In this document: positions 1 through 9,333 of the stretch, one piece after another | Numbering within the stretch: position 1 is the first letter of the stretch | Layout: every line of letters starts with the position of its first letter | From: Candidatus Sumerlaeaceae bacterium | GTDB taxonomy: Bacteria > Sumerlaeota > Sumerlaeia > Sumerlaeales > Sumerlaeaceae | NCBI GenBank assembly: GCA_049968255.1 | Contig: JBMFRB010000014.1 | Location: 1 to 39,451, forward strand | Length of the DNA stretch: 39,451 nt | Direction of reading: 5' to 3' | Notes under the pieces: generated by a model | What the model saw: the letters and a program-made list of their open reading frames with translations, nothing else | Databases searched by the model: none | What the model was told of the DNA's origin: nothing | Translations under genes and position numbers: made by a program

Positions 1-50
<50 letters not shown>

Positions 51-187
51 GGGAGACCCAAAGCGGGCTGCATAGTCGCCGGCGCGCGTCGTCGCGCAGC
101 GAGCAGTAACGCTTTGATTCCCAAGGTCGAACCAGTCTCTTGGCCGACCGAACTTCCAGCTCGGCTCTCTGTTTAGCTTTGAAGGGA
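51..187 (+). other. 16S 3' trailer with hairpins and probable processing-stem strand
   Basis: CAAAGCG 59-65 pairs with CGCTTTG 110-116; GGTCG...CGACC 125-149; CTGTTTAGCTTTGAAGGGA 169-187 resembles the usual post-16S processing-stem strand. No tRNA cloverleaf seen. Confidence 0.6.
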
Positions 188-236
188 CAAAGAAAGCGCC
201 GCCGGAGGCTAAGCTCCGGCGGCATTTGTCTTTTTT
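186..236 (+). terminator. Intrinsic terminator after 16S rRNA
   Basis: Perfect 10-bp stem GCCGCCGGAG 198-207 / CTCCGGCGGC 214-223, followed by ATTTGTCTTTTTT. Confidence 0.9.
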
Positions 237-585
237 AGGGTGGCCCTTACATAAAATCAGCAACGCATTTCTTCTCTTCGAAAAGCACGCTTCCAGGAAA
301 GGTCCTCACTCTGGCCGCGTGTGGCGCTCTGGGGGAAGTTCCTTCTTGGGAAGATGTTCTGGGGGCGTTTCTTTTCCTTGAAGGGGGCAAGAGCTCCCTT
401 TAGCCGAGCGCTTCAGGGAACGCGTGTATGCTTTCTTTCATTGCTCCACGCGGTTGGCGCTAACCCAACGGGCTTCGGGACCTCAGCGAATTTTTTCAGT
501 GTTGGCGTTCCAGGTTGCACAAAGTTTTGGTGGCTGCACGCTTGGTTCGGATAAAATTGTTGCGAGGCCCGAGAAGTTTCAGGAC

Positions 586-3015
586 ATGCTCGTGCAGATG
601 ATCCACGTGAGTTTTCGATCGCGACGGCTCTTTGGCTTTTTGCTCCTTTTGCTTACGGCTGCAGCGGTTGGAGCCTTGTTGCGGGGTGGAGAGCACCTGT
701 ACTTTGGTCCGATTGTTTCCGATTTGAGCGAACAGTTCTACCTGTGGCGTGTGTTTTTGGCTCGCTGGCTCCATAGGGGGATTTTCCCTTTTTGGGATAT
801 GCATGCCTTCGGCGGATATCCTGTCATCGAGATACTTCAGAATTCGCTGTTTCATCCCGTGTCGTTGTTCTCGGCTCTCTTATTTTCTCCCGCGTTTGGA
901 CTCAAGCTCTGGATGGCCGGAAACGTTGCTGTGGCTCTTTGTGGTAGCTATGTGGCCCTGCGTCGCGGGTTGAGGCTCCTGCCTGGCTGGGCTTTCGTTG
1001 GAGCCTGTGTCTACGTTTTCGGGGGGGCATTTGCGACGCGAGTCGAGGCGGGGCACTTTGCGGTGGTTGGGGCTACTGCGCTCTGGGTTCCAGCTCTGGC
1101 GGCTGTCTGGAAGGCGGCGCGCGCTCTCAGCGGCGGATTCGTGGCCGGAGTTTGCCGGAGTCGAGCAGCGATTGTTGGCGCCATTGTTGCGAATGGACTC
1201 GTCGTTCTAGCGGGCTCGCCGCAATATGTCGTTTATCTCTTTTATGTGGAGCTGCTGGCCGTTCTGATCGCAGCTGGAGCGGGGCGACGGCTACCGGCCC
1301 TTGTGCTGCTCGCGGCGATATGGTTGGACGGTCTGGCTTTGAGTGCTCCCCAGTGGTTCCCTACGCTCTTTTATCTCCCGTTCACAGGACGCTCCTCGGG
1401 CAACTGGATGACTCCGCCATCTGTGGCCGATCGTTGGAATTTTCTTATCGAGGCTCTGCTCCCCTTTCCCCTTGGCGATGATCTCAATGTGCCCCACATG
1501 CACTTGAAGAATGTGTGGGAGACGTGTTCTTATCCGGGCACAATTTCGTGGGTGCTGGCGTGGGCAGGTCTGATTGCAGTTGCTTGCTGGCGGAAAAGGC
1601 GACCTTGGCCAGCCGAGCTGAAGTTGGCCTGGGGCATCGTGTTGCTTGGACTCTACCTCTGTGGCGGGGGATGGTTGCCGGGATTTTCGAGTTTTCGGGA
1701 GCCGATGAAGGCGCGGGCAGTGGTGGGGCTGGGGGTTGCGCTTGCGGCGGCCACAGGGGGCCAGCTTCTTTATGCGGGTGGGCGCCTGCGGGCAAGCCAA
1801 CGGGGCCGCATGCTAAGGCCCGCTATTCTTGTTGCGGCGTTGTGGGGGAGCGTCGCGCTGGGGGGTTCGCTTTGGCTTCCGAAGCAGGCGGAGAGTGTCG
1901 GGCGTTGGCTTCTGGCTGGCGGTCCGCCAATTGATGCGCTTCGTGGTGAGGCGTGGCAAAGAGTGAGCGCTCAGCCGGCGTTGATGGTGCCGCCGGTTGT
2001 GGAGGCATGCCAGCAGGTGGCGGCTTGGGCGGCGATCGCTGCGGTCCTGACCGTCGGACTTCGTTGGCGTCCGCAGCGTTTCGCAACACTTCTGTGTGTG
2101 GCGGCTGTCCTCGATCCCTTTTCGACCTCTTTCCGGGTTTTTGTGTCGCGCCATCCTTTCACAAATATTGGCCTGCCGCCCCAGTTTCGCGAAGCGATCG
2201 GCAAGCAGCTCGAGCAGACGCGCGCTGCGGGCAAGCCGCCGTGGCGCGTCACGTTGCCGCCATCGCTGGCAAATCGCGGTCACCTCGTGGATGGGCTGTG
2301 GGATACAGGGGGGTATGATCCGCTGATGCCACGCGACGCAAACACGCGTGTGGCCTTACACACAAAACGGCTCGACCTCAGTATTGACGACAGGCGGACG
2401 ACGATTGCGCTGGCCTTAGGGCGCCGCTACGACTTTTCGCGGTGGATGCCGGAGCTGGGTGAGCCCTTAGGCGAGCTTGCGCGCTGGGAGGTGGCGCCGG
2501 CCGCAGCGCTCTTTACGCTCGAGCGGCAGGTCCGGCCTGGCTACGAAGGCTTGGGGTCGTTTGGTCCGAATGTGGACGATGGGCGTCATCATGTGGACGT
2601 GGCGCCACCGCCACAAGAAGGATTTCGTCAACCAGCCGAGGCCGTTCGGACGTTTGCTCACCGCTTGGATGGGGAAGCTACACGCCCTGGAGCGTCATCC
2701 GATCACATAGAAGTGCTCGCGGTGGATTCGCCGAACGAGTATGCCTATCGCGTGACGTGTGCGAGGCCCGCCCTAGCACTTTTCCGCACGACGTGGTTGC
2801 CGGGTTGGCAAGTGTGGATGGATGGGCGATATTGGGGGCGGCCATGGTGCGCAAATCGCTGGATGCTTGCCGCGCCAATTGAGCCGGGGAGTCATGAAAT
2901 TCGCTGGCGCTATCGTCCGGTAGGACTGTGGTTCTCGTTGGGGGTAAGTTTTTTCTCGTGCCTGGCCCTGCTGGCTATACTTGCAGCGCGACCGGTCGAA
3001 CGGCGCAAAAAATGA
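586..3015 (+). CDS. YfhO-family polytopic membrane protein (GT-C-type glycosyltransferase-like)
   Basis: N-terminal FPFWDMHAFGGYP..Q.SLFHP, many hydrophobic helices, GGYDPL, and C-terminal PGWQVWMDG...AN...IEPGSHEIRWRYRP plus a final TM helix. Start moved from 424 to ATG 586 (598 also possible). Confidence 0.8.
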   Translation: MLVQMIHVSFRSRRLFGFLLLLLTAAAVGALLRGGEHLYFGPIVSDLSEQFYLWRVFLARWLHRGIFPFWDMHAFGGYPVIEILQNSLFHPVSLFSALLFSPAFGLKLWMAGNVAVALCGSYVALRRGLRLLPGWAFVGACVYVFGGAFATRVEAGHFAVVGATALWVPALAAVWKAARALSGGFVAGVCRSRAAIVGAIVANGLVVLAGSPQYVVYLFYVELLAVLIAAGAGRRLPALVLLAAIWLDGLALSAPQWFPTLFYLPFTGRSSGNWMTPPSVADRWNFLIEALLPFPLGDDLNVPHMHLKNVWETCSYPGTISWVLAWAGLIAVACWRKRRPWPAELKLAWGIVLLGLYLCGGGWLPGFSSFREPMKARAVVGLGVALAAATGGQLLYAGGRLRASQRGRMLRPAILVAALWGSVALGGSLWLPKQAESVGRWLLAGGPPIDALRGEAWQRVSAQPALMVPPVVEACQQVAAWAAIAAVLTVGLRWRPQRFATLLCVAAVLDPFSTSFRVFVSRHPFTNIGLPPQFREAIGKQLEQTRAAGKPPWRVTLPPSLANRGHLVDGLWDTGGYDPLMPRDANTRVALHTKRLDLSIDDRRTTIALALGRRYDFSRWMPELGEPLGELARWEVAPAAALFTLERQVRPGYEGLGSFGPNVDDGRHHVDVAPPPQEGFRQPAEAVRTFAHRLDGEATRPGASSDHIEVLAVDSPNEYAYRVTCARPALALFRTTWLPGWQVWMDGRYWGRPWCANRWMLAAPIEPGSHEIRWRYRPVGLWFSLGVSFFSCLALLAILAARPVERRKK

Positions 3016-3511
3016 AGAACCGCGCTGGCTGTGCACAGCTGACAGCTAGAAAGACGGTCGATGGATTTTGCGTGCGGCGCAGCGAAATAAATCCCTAACG
3101 TTTTCTGGCGGAGCCCGACGCGTTACGGACCGTCGCGAAAAGTGGCCGATCGCCTCACTCCCCTGCGCGTTTATAATCAGGGCATTTTGTGGCGTTTGGG
3201 CGTTCCGGACGTTTGCACGCGTTGCCGTAATCGTAACGGCAGGTGTCGCAAAGAAATTTTTTCTCTCGCGGAAATATCGCCGCGAAAAGCTCTTTTATGA
3301 TCTTCCACATGTGCAAAAATCAATACGCACTTCGTCTGAAAAACTAGTTCTAAAAAAGCAAGTCGGTGGTGCATTTTTTCTGTTGCAAAATACCCAGGGA
3401 GCATTTATCAAGAGGAGTCAACGAATTGCGTCTCCGTCGGCGATTTTTACCGCGCAGAATCGTGGCCGAGGTGAGTGCAGTTCGAAAATTCCAGGGAAGG
3501 GTATGAGGGCG

Positions 3512-6500
3512 ATGAAGCGAACGAACCTTTTCAAGGCGACCATAAGCGCGTGTAGCATTATGGGGGCTGTTGCTTCTGCTGCTTTCGCAGGCAACCCCCT
3601 TGTGACGGTGCTCGAAGATTTCGAATCGGGCACCACGCACAACGCCACACCTGTTGATCAGTATAACAGTTCCGCGGGCGGTGCGAGTAACAGCGTCGTG
3701 GCGAACGTCTTGGAGAGCGGATCGCGGCGCTTGAAGCTGACCGACAGCGACGGCACTTACAACGGCTGCTACATTGTTTTTAGCGGCGCGATTCCGCAGG
3801 CGGGGTATTACCTCATCACCGCCGATGTGAAGGTGGACAATGCCAGTGCCCCGATCGGCACATTTGGGTTGGCTGTGGCGGTGGGCGGTCCGTCGACCGC
3901 GAAGATCTCCGATGTCAATGCCGGTTACGTGATGAACCTGGCTGGCACTGGGGACGCGGCCAAGGGGTATCAAACAATCGGTGCTGCTCTCAACGTAGCA
4001 AATTCTGGGACGTTCCCGAAGGATTTGATTGTTTACTTCAGCACGGATCCGTCGGGCAACAGTTATAACGCGCCCGCAGCCGATGGGAATTTCAGTGGCA
4101 CGCATCGCGGTGGCGCGACGACGTGGCCGGCAGGCTCGTCCAATGCTGTGTACATCGATAACATCAAGCGCATCGGACCGGGCAACTTCCGCGAAGAGCG
4201 GCATTTGTGGATTTCCATCGGTGATGGTTTCACAAATCTTTCGAAGCTGGAGTCGCAGCTCCTGGCAGCGAAGAACAATAATTTTAACTGTGTCGACATT
4301 TTAGCACGTTATCGCGCTAACGCTTACTACATACCGAACCGCGGCAATACGACGTATGCCAATCCTGAACCATTGGCGTCGGGAGTAAGCGCAACGAATG
4401 ATCCCATCCAATATGCCATCGATCGAGGGCACGAGCTCGGGTTGAAGGTTTTTGCCTCGATGAGTTGCTTCCTCGTGACAGATGGCTCTGACACGTACCC
4501 GAGCTATTTGCCCTCGGGCAGCGTGATGTGGTATTACAACGGCGGCACACCGCGGGCCATGACCAAGGCCGATGTGGGTGGCGAGGGGCTTTGGGCCGAC
4601 GTGAGCCGTGCGGATGTGCGCGACTACACGAAGAACGTTATCCTCGATTTTGTGGCGAACTACGACGTTGACGGCATCATTCTCGACCGCGTGCGCTATC
4701 CGAACTATTACTTCAGCTACAATCCGCAAGGGCTAAGCGAAATGGGGATTAGCGGCACGCCGTCGCCCACAGATTCGACATTCCGCACGGCTCGCCGCAA
4801 CGCTGTGACCGCTTTCGTGAAAGATGTTTACGAATCTGCCACGAGCCTGAAGCCGTGGCTCATCGTGGGCGCGGCGCCGATAGCCTATGGCGATGCGCTC
4901 ACGGACACGTATAATTCGGTGATGCAGTTCTGGCCAGGCTGGGTCTCGGCCACGACCTCAAAGCGAAACATTAGTTTCGGCGTGTGCGATCTGTTCCAAC
5001 CACAGTTCTACCGTCTCTATAACACGACCCCAGCTGGGCCAGCGGCCAACACGACGCTGATGAACAAGGCGCAATTCGGCGACGTGGCCACCTACAGCCT
5101 CGACTGTGGGCTCATGCCGGGCGCCTTTTCCACGGTGTCGCCGATCTTCTATCATCCGACGAGCGGCGACGTGAATCAGTCGTATTGCAACGCGCAGAAC
5201 ATCACCGATGCTCGCGCGTTGGCAATGGGTGGGTTCGGCCTTTACGCAGCGACGGCAACGTTGGCGGATATTTCTTACATTCGCGATCCTGCAGCCTCGA
5301 CGGCAGGAACGGATGTGCTCGCCAGCGCAGCACCGCCGTGTGACTACTTGTTCAAGAAAGATTACGACAACGTGAAGCCCAATGCGGTGACCAACTTCAC
5401 CGCCTCGCCGCAAGCGGATGGTCGTGTGATTCTGAGCTGGACGGTGCCAGCGCCTGCCTCCGATGGCGAAACGGCGGCTCAGTATCTCATTTACCGATCG
5501 ACGACCTCGCCAGTGAAAGAGTATCGAGAGAATCTTGTGACTTACTCTACGATTCCTGGCACGGCGACTTCTTACACGGTGCCGACCGGATGGGCTGGCA
5601 CGTACTATTTCAAAATCGTGCCAGTGGACGATTACAACAACCGCGGGCCTGCAACCACGGTCGGCCCAGTGACTGTGACGGGCGAGCCAACACCCCCGGC
5701 TGACATTATCGTGGATAACCCACAAGCCACGTTTGCCGGCACATGGTACACGGGCACGTCGGCCACAGATAAATACGGGAGTGATTATCGCTATGCCTAC
5801 GCGGGCTCGGGCTCGGCAACAGCCACGTTTGCTGCGACGATACCCCAAACGGGAACTTGGACTGTGAGCGAGTGGCACTGCGCTGGCACGAACCGGGCGA
5901 CGAATGCGCGACACACGATCGCTTATGCGGGCGGTTCGACAACGCTCCAGGTGAACCAGACCATCAACGGTGGCAAGTGGAACGCTCTTGGCAGCTATCA
6001 GTTCAACGCCGGCACGCAGTACAGTGTCGTTATTGACGACATTTTCTCTGGCACGGTGGTGATTGCCGATGCAATCAAATGGTCCTACGTGATTCAGCCG
6101 CCTGCGGCGCCGTCGGGACTGACGGCTAACGCTGTGAGTAGCACGCAGATTAATCTGGCGTGGACAGACAACGCCTCGAACGAACGTAATTACATTGTGG
6201 CCCGCGCGACGACCTCCGGCGGACCGTACACGGACATCGCCACGCTAGGCGTAAATGTCACGTCCTACAGCGATACGGGGCTCACGCCAGGAACGACGTA
6301 CTATTACGTTGTGCGCGCCAGCAATTCGGCTGGTTCGAGCGCGAATTCTAACCAGGCGAGCGCGACGACTGCGCCAAGTGCGCCCTCGGCTCCGAGCGGG
6401 CTAACGGCGACGGCGGTGAGCAGCACGCAGATCAATCTCGCGTGGACCGACAACTCCACGAACGAGACGAATTTTGTGGTGGCGCGTTCGACGACGTCTG

Positions 6501-7633
6501 GCGGCCCTTATACGGACATCGCCACGCTGGCAGCAAACACGACCTCTTACAGCGACGCAGGTCTGACGCCCGGGGCGACTTACTATTACGTCGTGCGGGC
6601 GACAAATGCGGGCGGCTCGAGTGCGAACTCCAACCAGGCGAGCGCGACGACGCCGATGCCAGACATCATTGTGGACAACCCGAGCGCCACGTTCTCGGGC
6701 ACGTGGACGACGGCGTCCTCGGCAACGGATAAATACGGCGCAGATTATCGGTATGCAACCTCGGGCTCGGGCGCTACGGCCACATACAACGCAAACGTGC
6801 CTATAGCCGGCAACTACCGCGTGAGCGTTTGGTATACCGCCGGCACGAACCGCGCAAACAATGCGCCGTACACCGTGAATTTCAGCGGCGGCTCGCTGAC
6901 GTATTCCGTCAATCAGCAGATCAATGGTGGTCAATGGGTGACGCTCGGCACGCACTACTTTGCGGCGGGCGGCGGGCAGGTCGTCATTGGCACCACGGGG
7001 GCAAATCCGAGTGTGGTGATTGCCGATGCGGTGCGCTTGACATACCTTAATGCGAATGCCCCGGTGACCGTGACCTTTGATTCTGTGGCGGCGGATGACG
7101 GTTATGTGCTCGAGAGCAGTGAAACCTCGAACGTGGGCGGAACTGTGAACAGCACGAACACCACGTTTGCGGTGGGCGATGATTCGTCAAAGCGGCAGTT
7201 CAAAGGCATCCTGTCGTTCGACACGTCGTCAATTCCGGACGATGCGACGATTCAGAAGGTCACCCTGAAGCTCACGCAGTATTCGATCAATGGCGGCGAC
7301 CCGTGGGCCAGCCTCGGCTCGCTCAACGTGCACTTGGCGAATCCTTACTTCGGTGCCTCGGCCAGCTTGGCGACGGAAGATTTTGCGGCGGCCGCGACGG
7401 TGACGAGTGTGGCAACTGTGCCGAAGCCGTCGGCGAACAACGTGACGGTCTCGGCGCCACTCAACAGTCCGGGCGTGCTGGCGGTGAGCAAGACGGCCAA
7501 AACGCAGTTCAGACTTGAATTCACGATTGACGACGACAACGACGCTGCCAACGATTACGTGAATTTCTACTCAGGCAACTACAGCACGAACACCAGCTAT
7601 CGGCCGAAGCTCGAAGTGCAGTACACGCGTTGA
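3512..7633 (+). CDS. Secreted multidomain glycoside hydrolase: CBM-like, GHL10 (DUF187/YddW-like), FN3, Golvesin/Xly-CBD-like, 2x FN3, Golvesin-like, DNRLRE-like
   Basis: Signal peptide MKRTNLFK...SAAFA; EDFES...YIDNI jelly-roll-like domain; DPIQYAIDRGHELGLKV and NYDVDGIILDRVRYP (GHL10); LTPGTTYYYVVRA (FN3); IIVDN...IADAI/V twice; LSFDTSSIPDDATIQKVTLKL...RPKLEV at the C-terminus. Start 3512 or 3503. Confidence 0.85.
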   Translation: MKRTNLFKATISACSIMGAVASAAFAGNPLVTVLEDFESGTTHNATPVDQYNSSAGGASNSVVANVLESGSRRLKLTDSDGTYNGCYIVFSGAIPQAGYYLITADVKVDNASAPIGTFGLAVAVGGPSTAKISDVNAGYVMNLAGTGDAAKGYQTIGAALNVANSGTFPKDLIVYFSTDPSGNSYNAPAADGNFSGTHRGGATTWPAGSSNAVYIDNIKRIGPGNFREERHLWISIGDGFTNLSKLESQLLAAKNNNFNCVDILARYRANAYYIPNRGNTTYANPEPLASGVSATNDPIQYAIDRGHELGLKVFASMSCFLVTDGSDTYPSYLPSGSVMWYYNGGTPRAMTKADVGGEGLWADVSRADVRDYTKNVILDFVANYDVDGIILDRVRYPNYYFSYNPQGLSEMGISGTPSPTDSTFRTARRNAVTAFVKDVYESATSLKPWLIVGAAPIAYGDALTDTYNSVMQFWPGWVSATTSKRNISFGVCDLFQPQFYRLYNTTPAGPAANTTLMNKAQFGDVATYSLDCGLMPGAFSTVSPIFYHPTSGDVNQSYCNAQNITDARALAMGGFGLYAATATLADISYIRDPAASTAGTDVLASAAPPCDYLFKKDYDNVKPNAVTNFTASPQADGRVILSWTVPAPASDGETAAQYLIYRSTTSPVKEYRENLVTYSTIPGTATSYTVPTGWAGTYYFKIVPVDDYNNRGPATTVGPVTVTGEPTPPADIIVDNPQATFAGTWYTGTSATDKYGSDYRYAYAGSGSATATFAATIPQTGTWTVSEWHCAGTNRATNARHTIAYAGGSTTLQVNQTINGGKWNALGSYQFNAGTQYSVVIDDIFSGTVVIADAIKWSYVIQPPAAPSGLTANAVSSTQINLAWTDNASNERNYIVARATTSGGPYTDIATLGVNVTSYSDTGLTPGTTYYYVVRASNSAGSSANSNQASATTAPSAPSAPSGLTATAVSSTQINLAWTDNSTNETNFVVARSTTSGGPYTDIATLAANTTSYSDAGLTPGATYYYVVRATNAGGSSANSNQASATTPMPDIIVDNPSATFSGTWTTASSATDKYGADYRYATSGSGATATYNANVPIAGNYRVSVWYTAGTNRANNAPYTVNFSGGSLTYSVNQQINGGQWVTLGTHYFAAGGGQVVIGTTGANPSVVIADAVRLTYLNANAPVTVTFDSVAADDGYVLESSETSNVGGTVNSTNTTFAVGDDSSKRQFKGILSFDTSSIPDDATIQKVTLKLTQYSINGGDPWASLGSLNVHLANPYFGASASLATEDFAAAATVTSVATVPKPSANNVTVSAPLNSPGVLAVSKTAKTQFRLEFTIDDDNDAANDYVNFYSGNYSTNTSYRPKLEVQYTR
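6101..6652 (+). repeat. Tandem FN3 duplication, 282-bp period
   Basis: PAAPSGLTANAVSSTQINLAWTDN... at 6101 and PSAPSGLTATAVSSTQINLAWTDN... at 6383; proteins nearly identical, third codon positions diverged. Confidence 0.9.
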
Positions 7634-7661
7634 CTCGAGAGGGGTAAGGGCGGAACGCCCC

Positions 7662-7707
7662 CAGGGGCGGCGCCACCAGCGATGGCGACGCCGTCCCTGC
7701 TTTTTTT
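7662..7707 (+). terminator. Intrinsic terminator
   Basis: CAGGGGCGGCG 7662-7672 / CGCCGTCCCTG 7689-7699 (one G-U pair), then T7. Confidence 0.8.
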
Positions 7708-7751
7708 GTATTTGCGTGCAGGGAGAGTTCGCGGGAGCACTAGTGCCACGG

Positions 7752-9152
7752 ATGATGCGTGAGGGGCGTTCACGAATTGGCCTGCTAGGCATTTTTGCAG
7801 CTGCCGACGCGGCGGCGGTGGTGGCGGGGCTTTGCTCCGCATATGTCCTTCGCTTCCATTCGGGGGTTTTGTCCGTTACCAAAGGCTACTCTCCGGCAGA
7901 GTATGTGCGGATGCTTCCGCTTGCGGTCGTGATCTGGTTGTTCTGGCTCAATCAGAGCGGGCTTTATGAGTTTCGCGAGCGTGCATTCAACCTGCAAATT
8001 CTGAAAAAGCTTTTTCAGGCAAATGTGCTCGCGCTCATGACCATCGTCACGCTGCACTTTTTTGAGCGCACGCTGGAATTTTCGCGTCTGATCTATGCTC
8101 TTTCGCTCTTCACGTGTTTTGTGGCTTTAGCTGCAGAGCGCCTTGTGTTGGATCGGGTGCTTGCTTGGGTGCGCCGCCGCGGTAAGCTTCCGGCTACGCG
8201 CGTAGCAATTTTGGGGACGGGACCACTTGCGCAGCACCTCGCCGAACGCATCGAGCGCCACTCTCTCCTTGGGCTGAAATTTGTGGGATTCATTCGTGCT
8301 GGAGGTGGCGAAGACACCTTGCTTCAAACTGTGGCCCCTGTGCTAGGAAGCTTCGCCGAGGCCCGCGCTATCATTCGTGAGCATGCCATTGAAGAAATCA
8401 TTGCGGCACAGCCAGACTTGCCGGCCGAAGAGCTGCTGGATTTCCTCCTAGAGTGCGAGAAGGAACTCGTGCGAATTCGTGTGGTGCCGGGGCTGCTTGA
8501 GAGCATGTTGGTCGAGATGAGCGTAGAGCAAATTGATGGCATTCCGCTTTTCGGGCTCAAGGAGACCCCGCTGCGTGGTTGGAATGTTGTGTTTAAACGC
8601 GCGTTCGATATTGTGGTCAGTGCCACAATTCTTGTCTTGGCCAGTCCGCTCATGGCTGTGATCGCGCTGGCGGTGAAGCTCTCGAGTCCGGGGCCAATCC
8701 TCTATAAGCAGACGCGCGTCGGGCTGGACGGGCGCAAGTTCAAGATTGTGAAATTCCGCTCGATGGTGGCGAACGCCGAGGAGACGACTGGGCCTGTTTG
8801 GGCAAGTCCCGATGATCCGCGGGTGACGCGTGTCGGGCGGTTTCTCCGTCGGTGGAACCTTGACGAATTACCGCAATTCTGGAACGTGTTGCGCGGCGAC
8901 ATGAGCCTTGTTGGTCCGCGTCCGGAGCGCCCGCACTTTGTGAAGCAGTTCCGCGAGAGCATTCCCCGCTATATGGCACGCCACCGCGTGAAATGCGGCA
9001 TCACGGGTTGGGCACAAGTCAATGGCTTGCGCGGACAGACCCCCATCGAGGACCGGATCGCTTATGACCTCTACTACATAGAGAATTGGAGTTTTTGGCT
9101 CGACCTCAAAATTCTCGCCCTGACCCTTTTCGCTCGCAAAAACGCTTATTGA
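7752..9152 (+). CDS. wcaJ: Undecaprenyl-phosphate sugar (glucose) phosphotransferase, WcaJ/WbaP type
   Basis: Four N-terminal TM helices, CoA-binding-like ILGTG domain, then KRAFDI, KFRSM, DDPRVTRVGRFLRR..LDELPQ..NVLRGDMSLVGPRPERP, GITGWAQVNG, DLYYIENWS. Sugar specificity inferred. Confidence 0.9.
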   Translation: MMREGRSRIGLLGIFAAADAAAVVAGLCSAYVLRFHSGVLSVTKGYSPAEYVRMLPLAVVIWLFWLNQSGLYEFRERAFNLQILKKLFQANVLALMTIVTLHFFERTLEFSRLIYALSLFTCFVALAAERLVLDRVLAWVRRRGKLPATRVAILGTGPLAQHLAERIERHSLLGLKFVGFIRAGGGEDTLLQTVAPVLGSFAEARAIIREHAIEEIIAAQPDLPAEELLDFLLECEKELVRIRVVPGLLESMLVEMSVEQIDGIPLFGLKETPLRGWNVVFKRAFDIVVSATILVLASPLMAVIALAVKLSSPGPILYKQTRVGLDGRKFKIVKFRSMVANAEETTGPVWASPDDPRVTRVGRFLRRWNLDELPQFWNVLRGDMSLVGPRPERPHFVKQFRESIPRYMARHRVKCGITGWAQVNGLRGQTPIEDRIAYDLYYIENWSFWLDLKILALTLFARKNAY

Positions 9153-9333
9153 GCGGCAACGTGAAATGAAGCTTGACCCACCGCGGGCTGGCTCGGCAAC
9201 ATTTGCATCGCTGCCGAAGAAACTGAGATTTTGGGCGCGGATCGAGGAAACTTTCTGTAGGGCTCTGCGGGGCAGAGCCCTGGCCAAAAGCGGGCGCCCG
9301 GAAAGTCGAAAAACCGAGCGTGGAGTGAGAACG

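Noticed and set aside
326-385. Apparent 30-bp tandem repeat (TCTGGGGG...GAAG) or CRISPR remnant
   Set aside because: Only 18/30 identity, two copies, no spacers, no cas genes.
3068-3502. N-terminal extension of the 1521-aa ORF
   Set aside because: A/T-tract-rich promoter-like DNA; RBS and signal peptide are at 3503/3512. The same logic trimmed ORFs starting at 424, 9166, 21325, 33119, 34435 and 37343.
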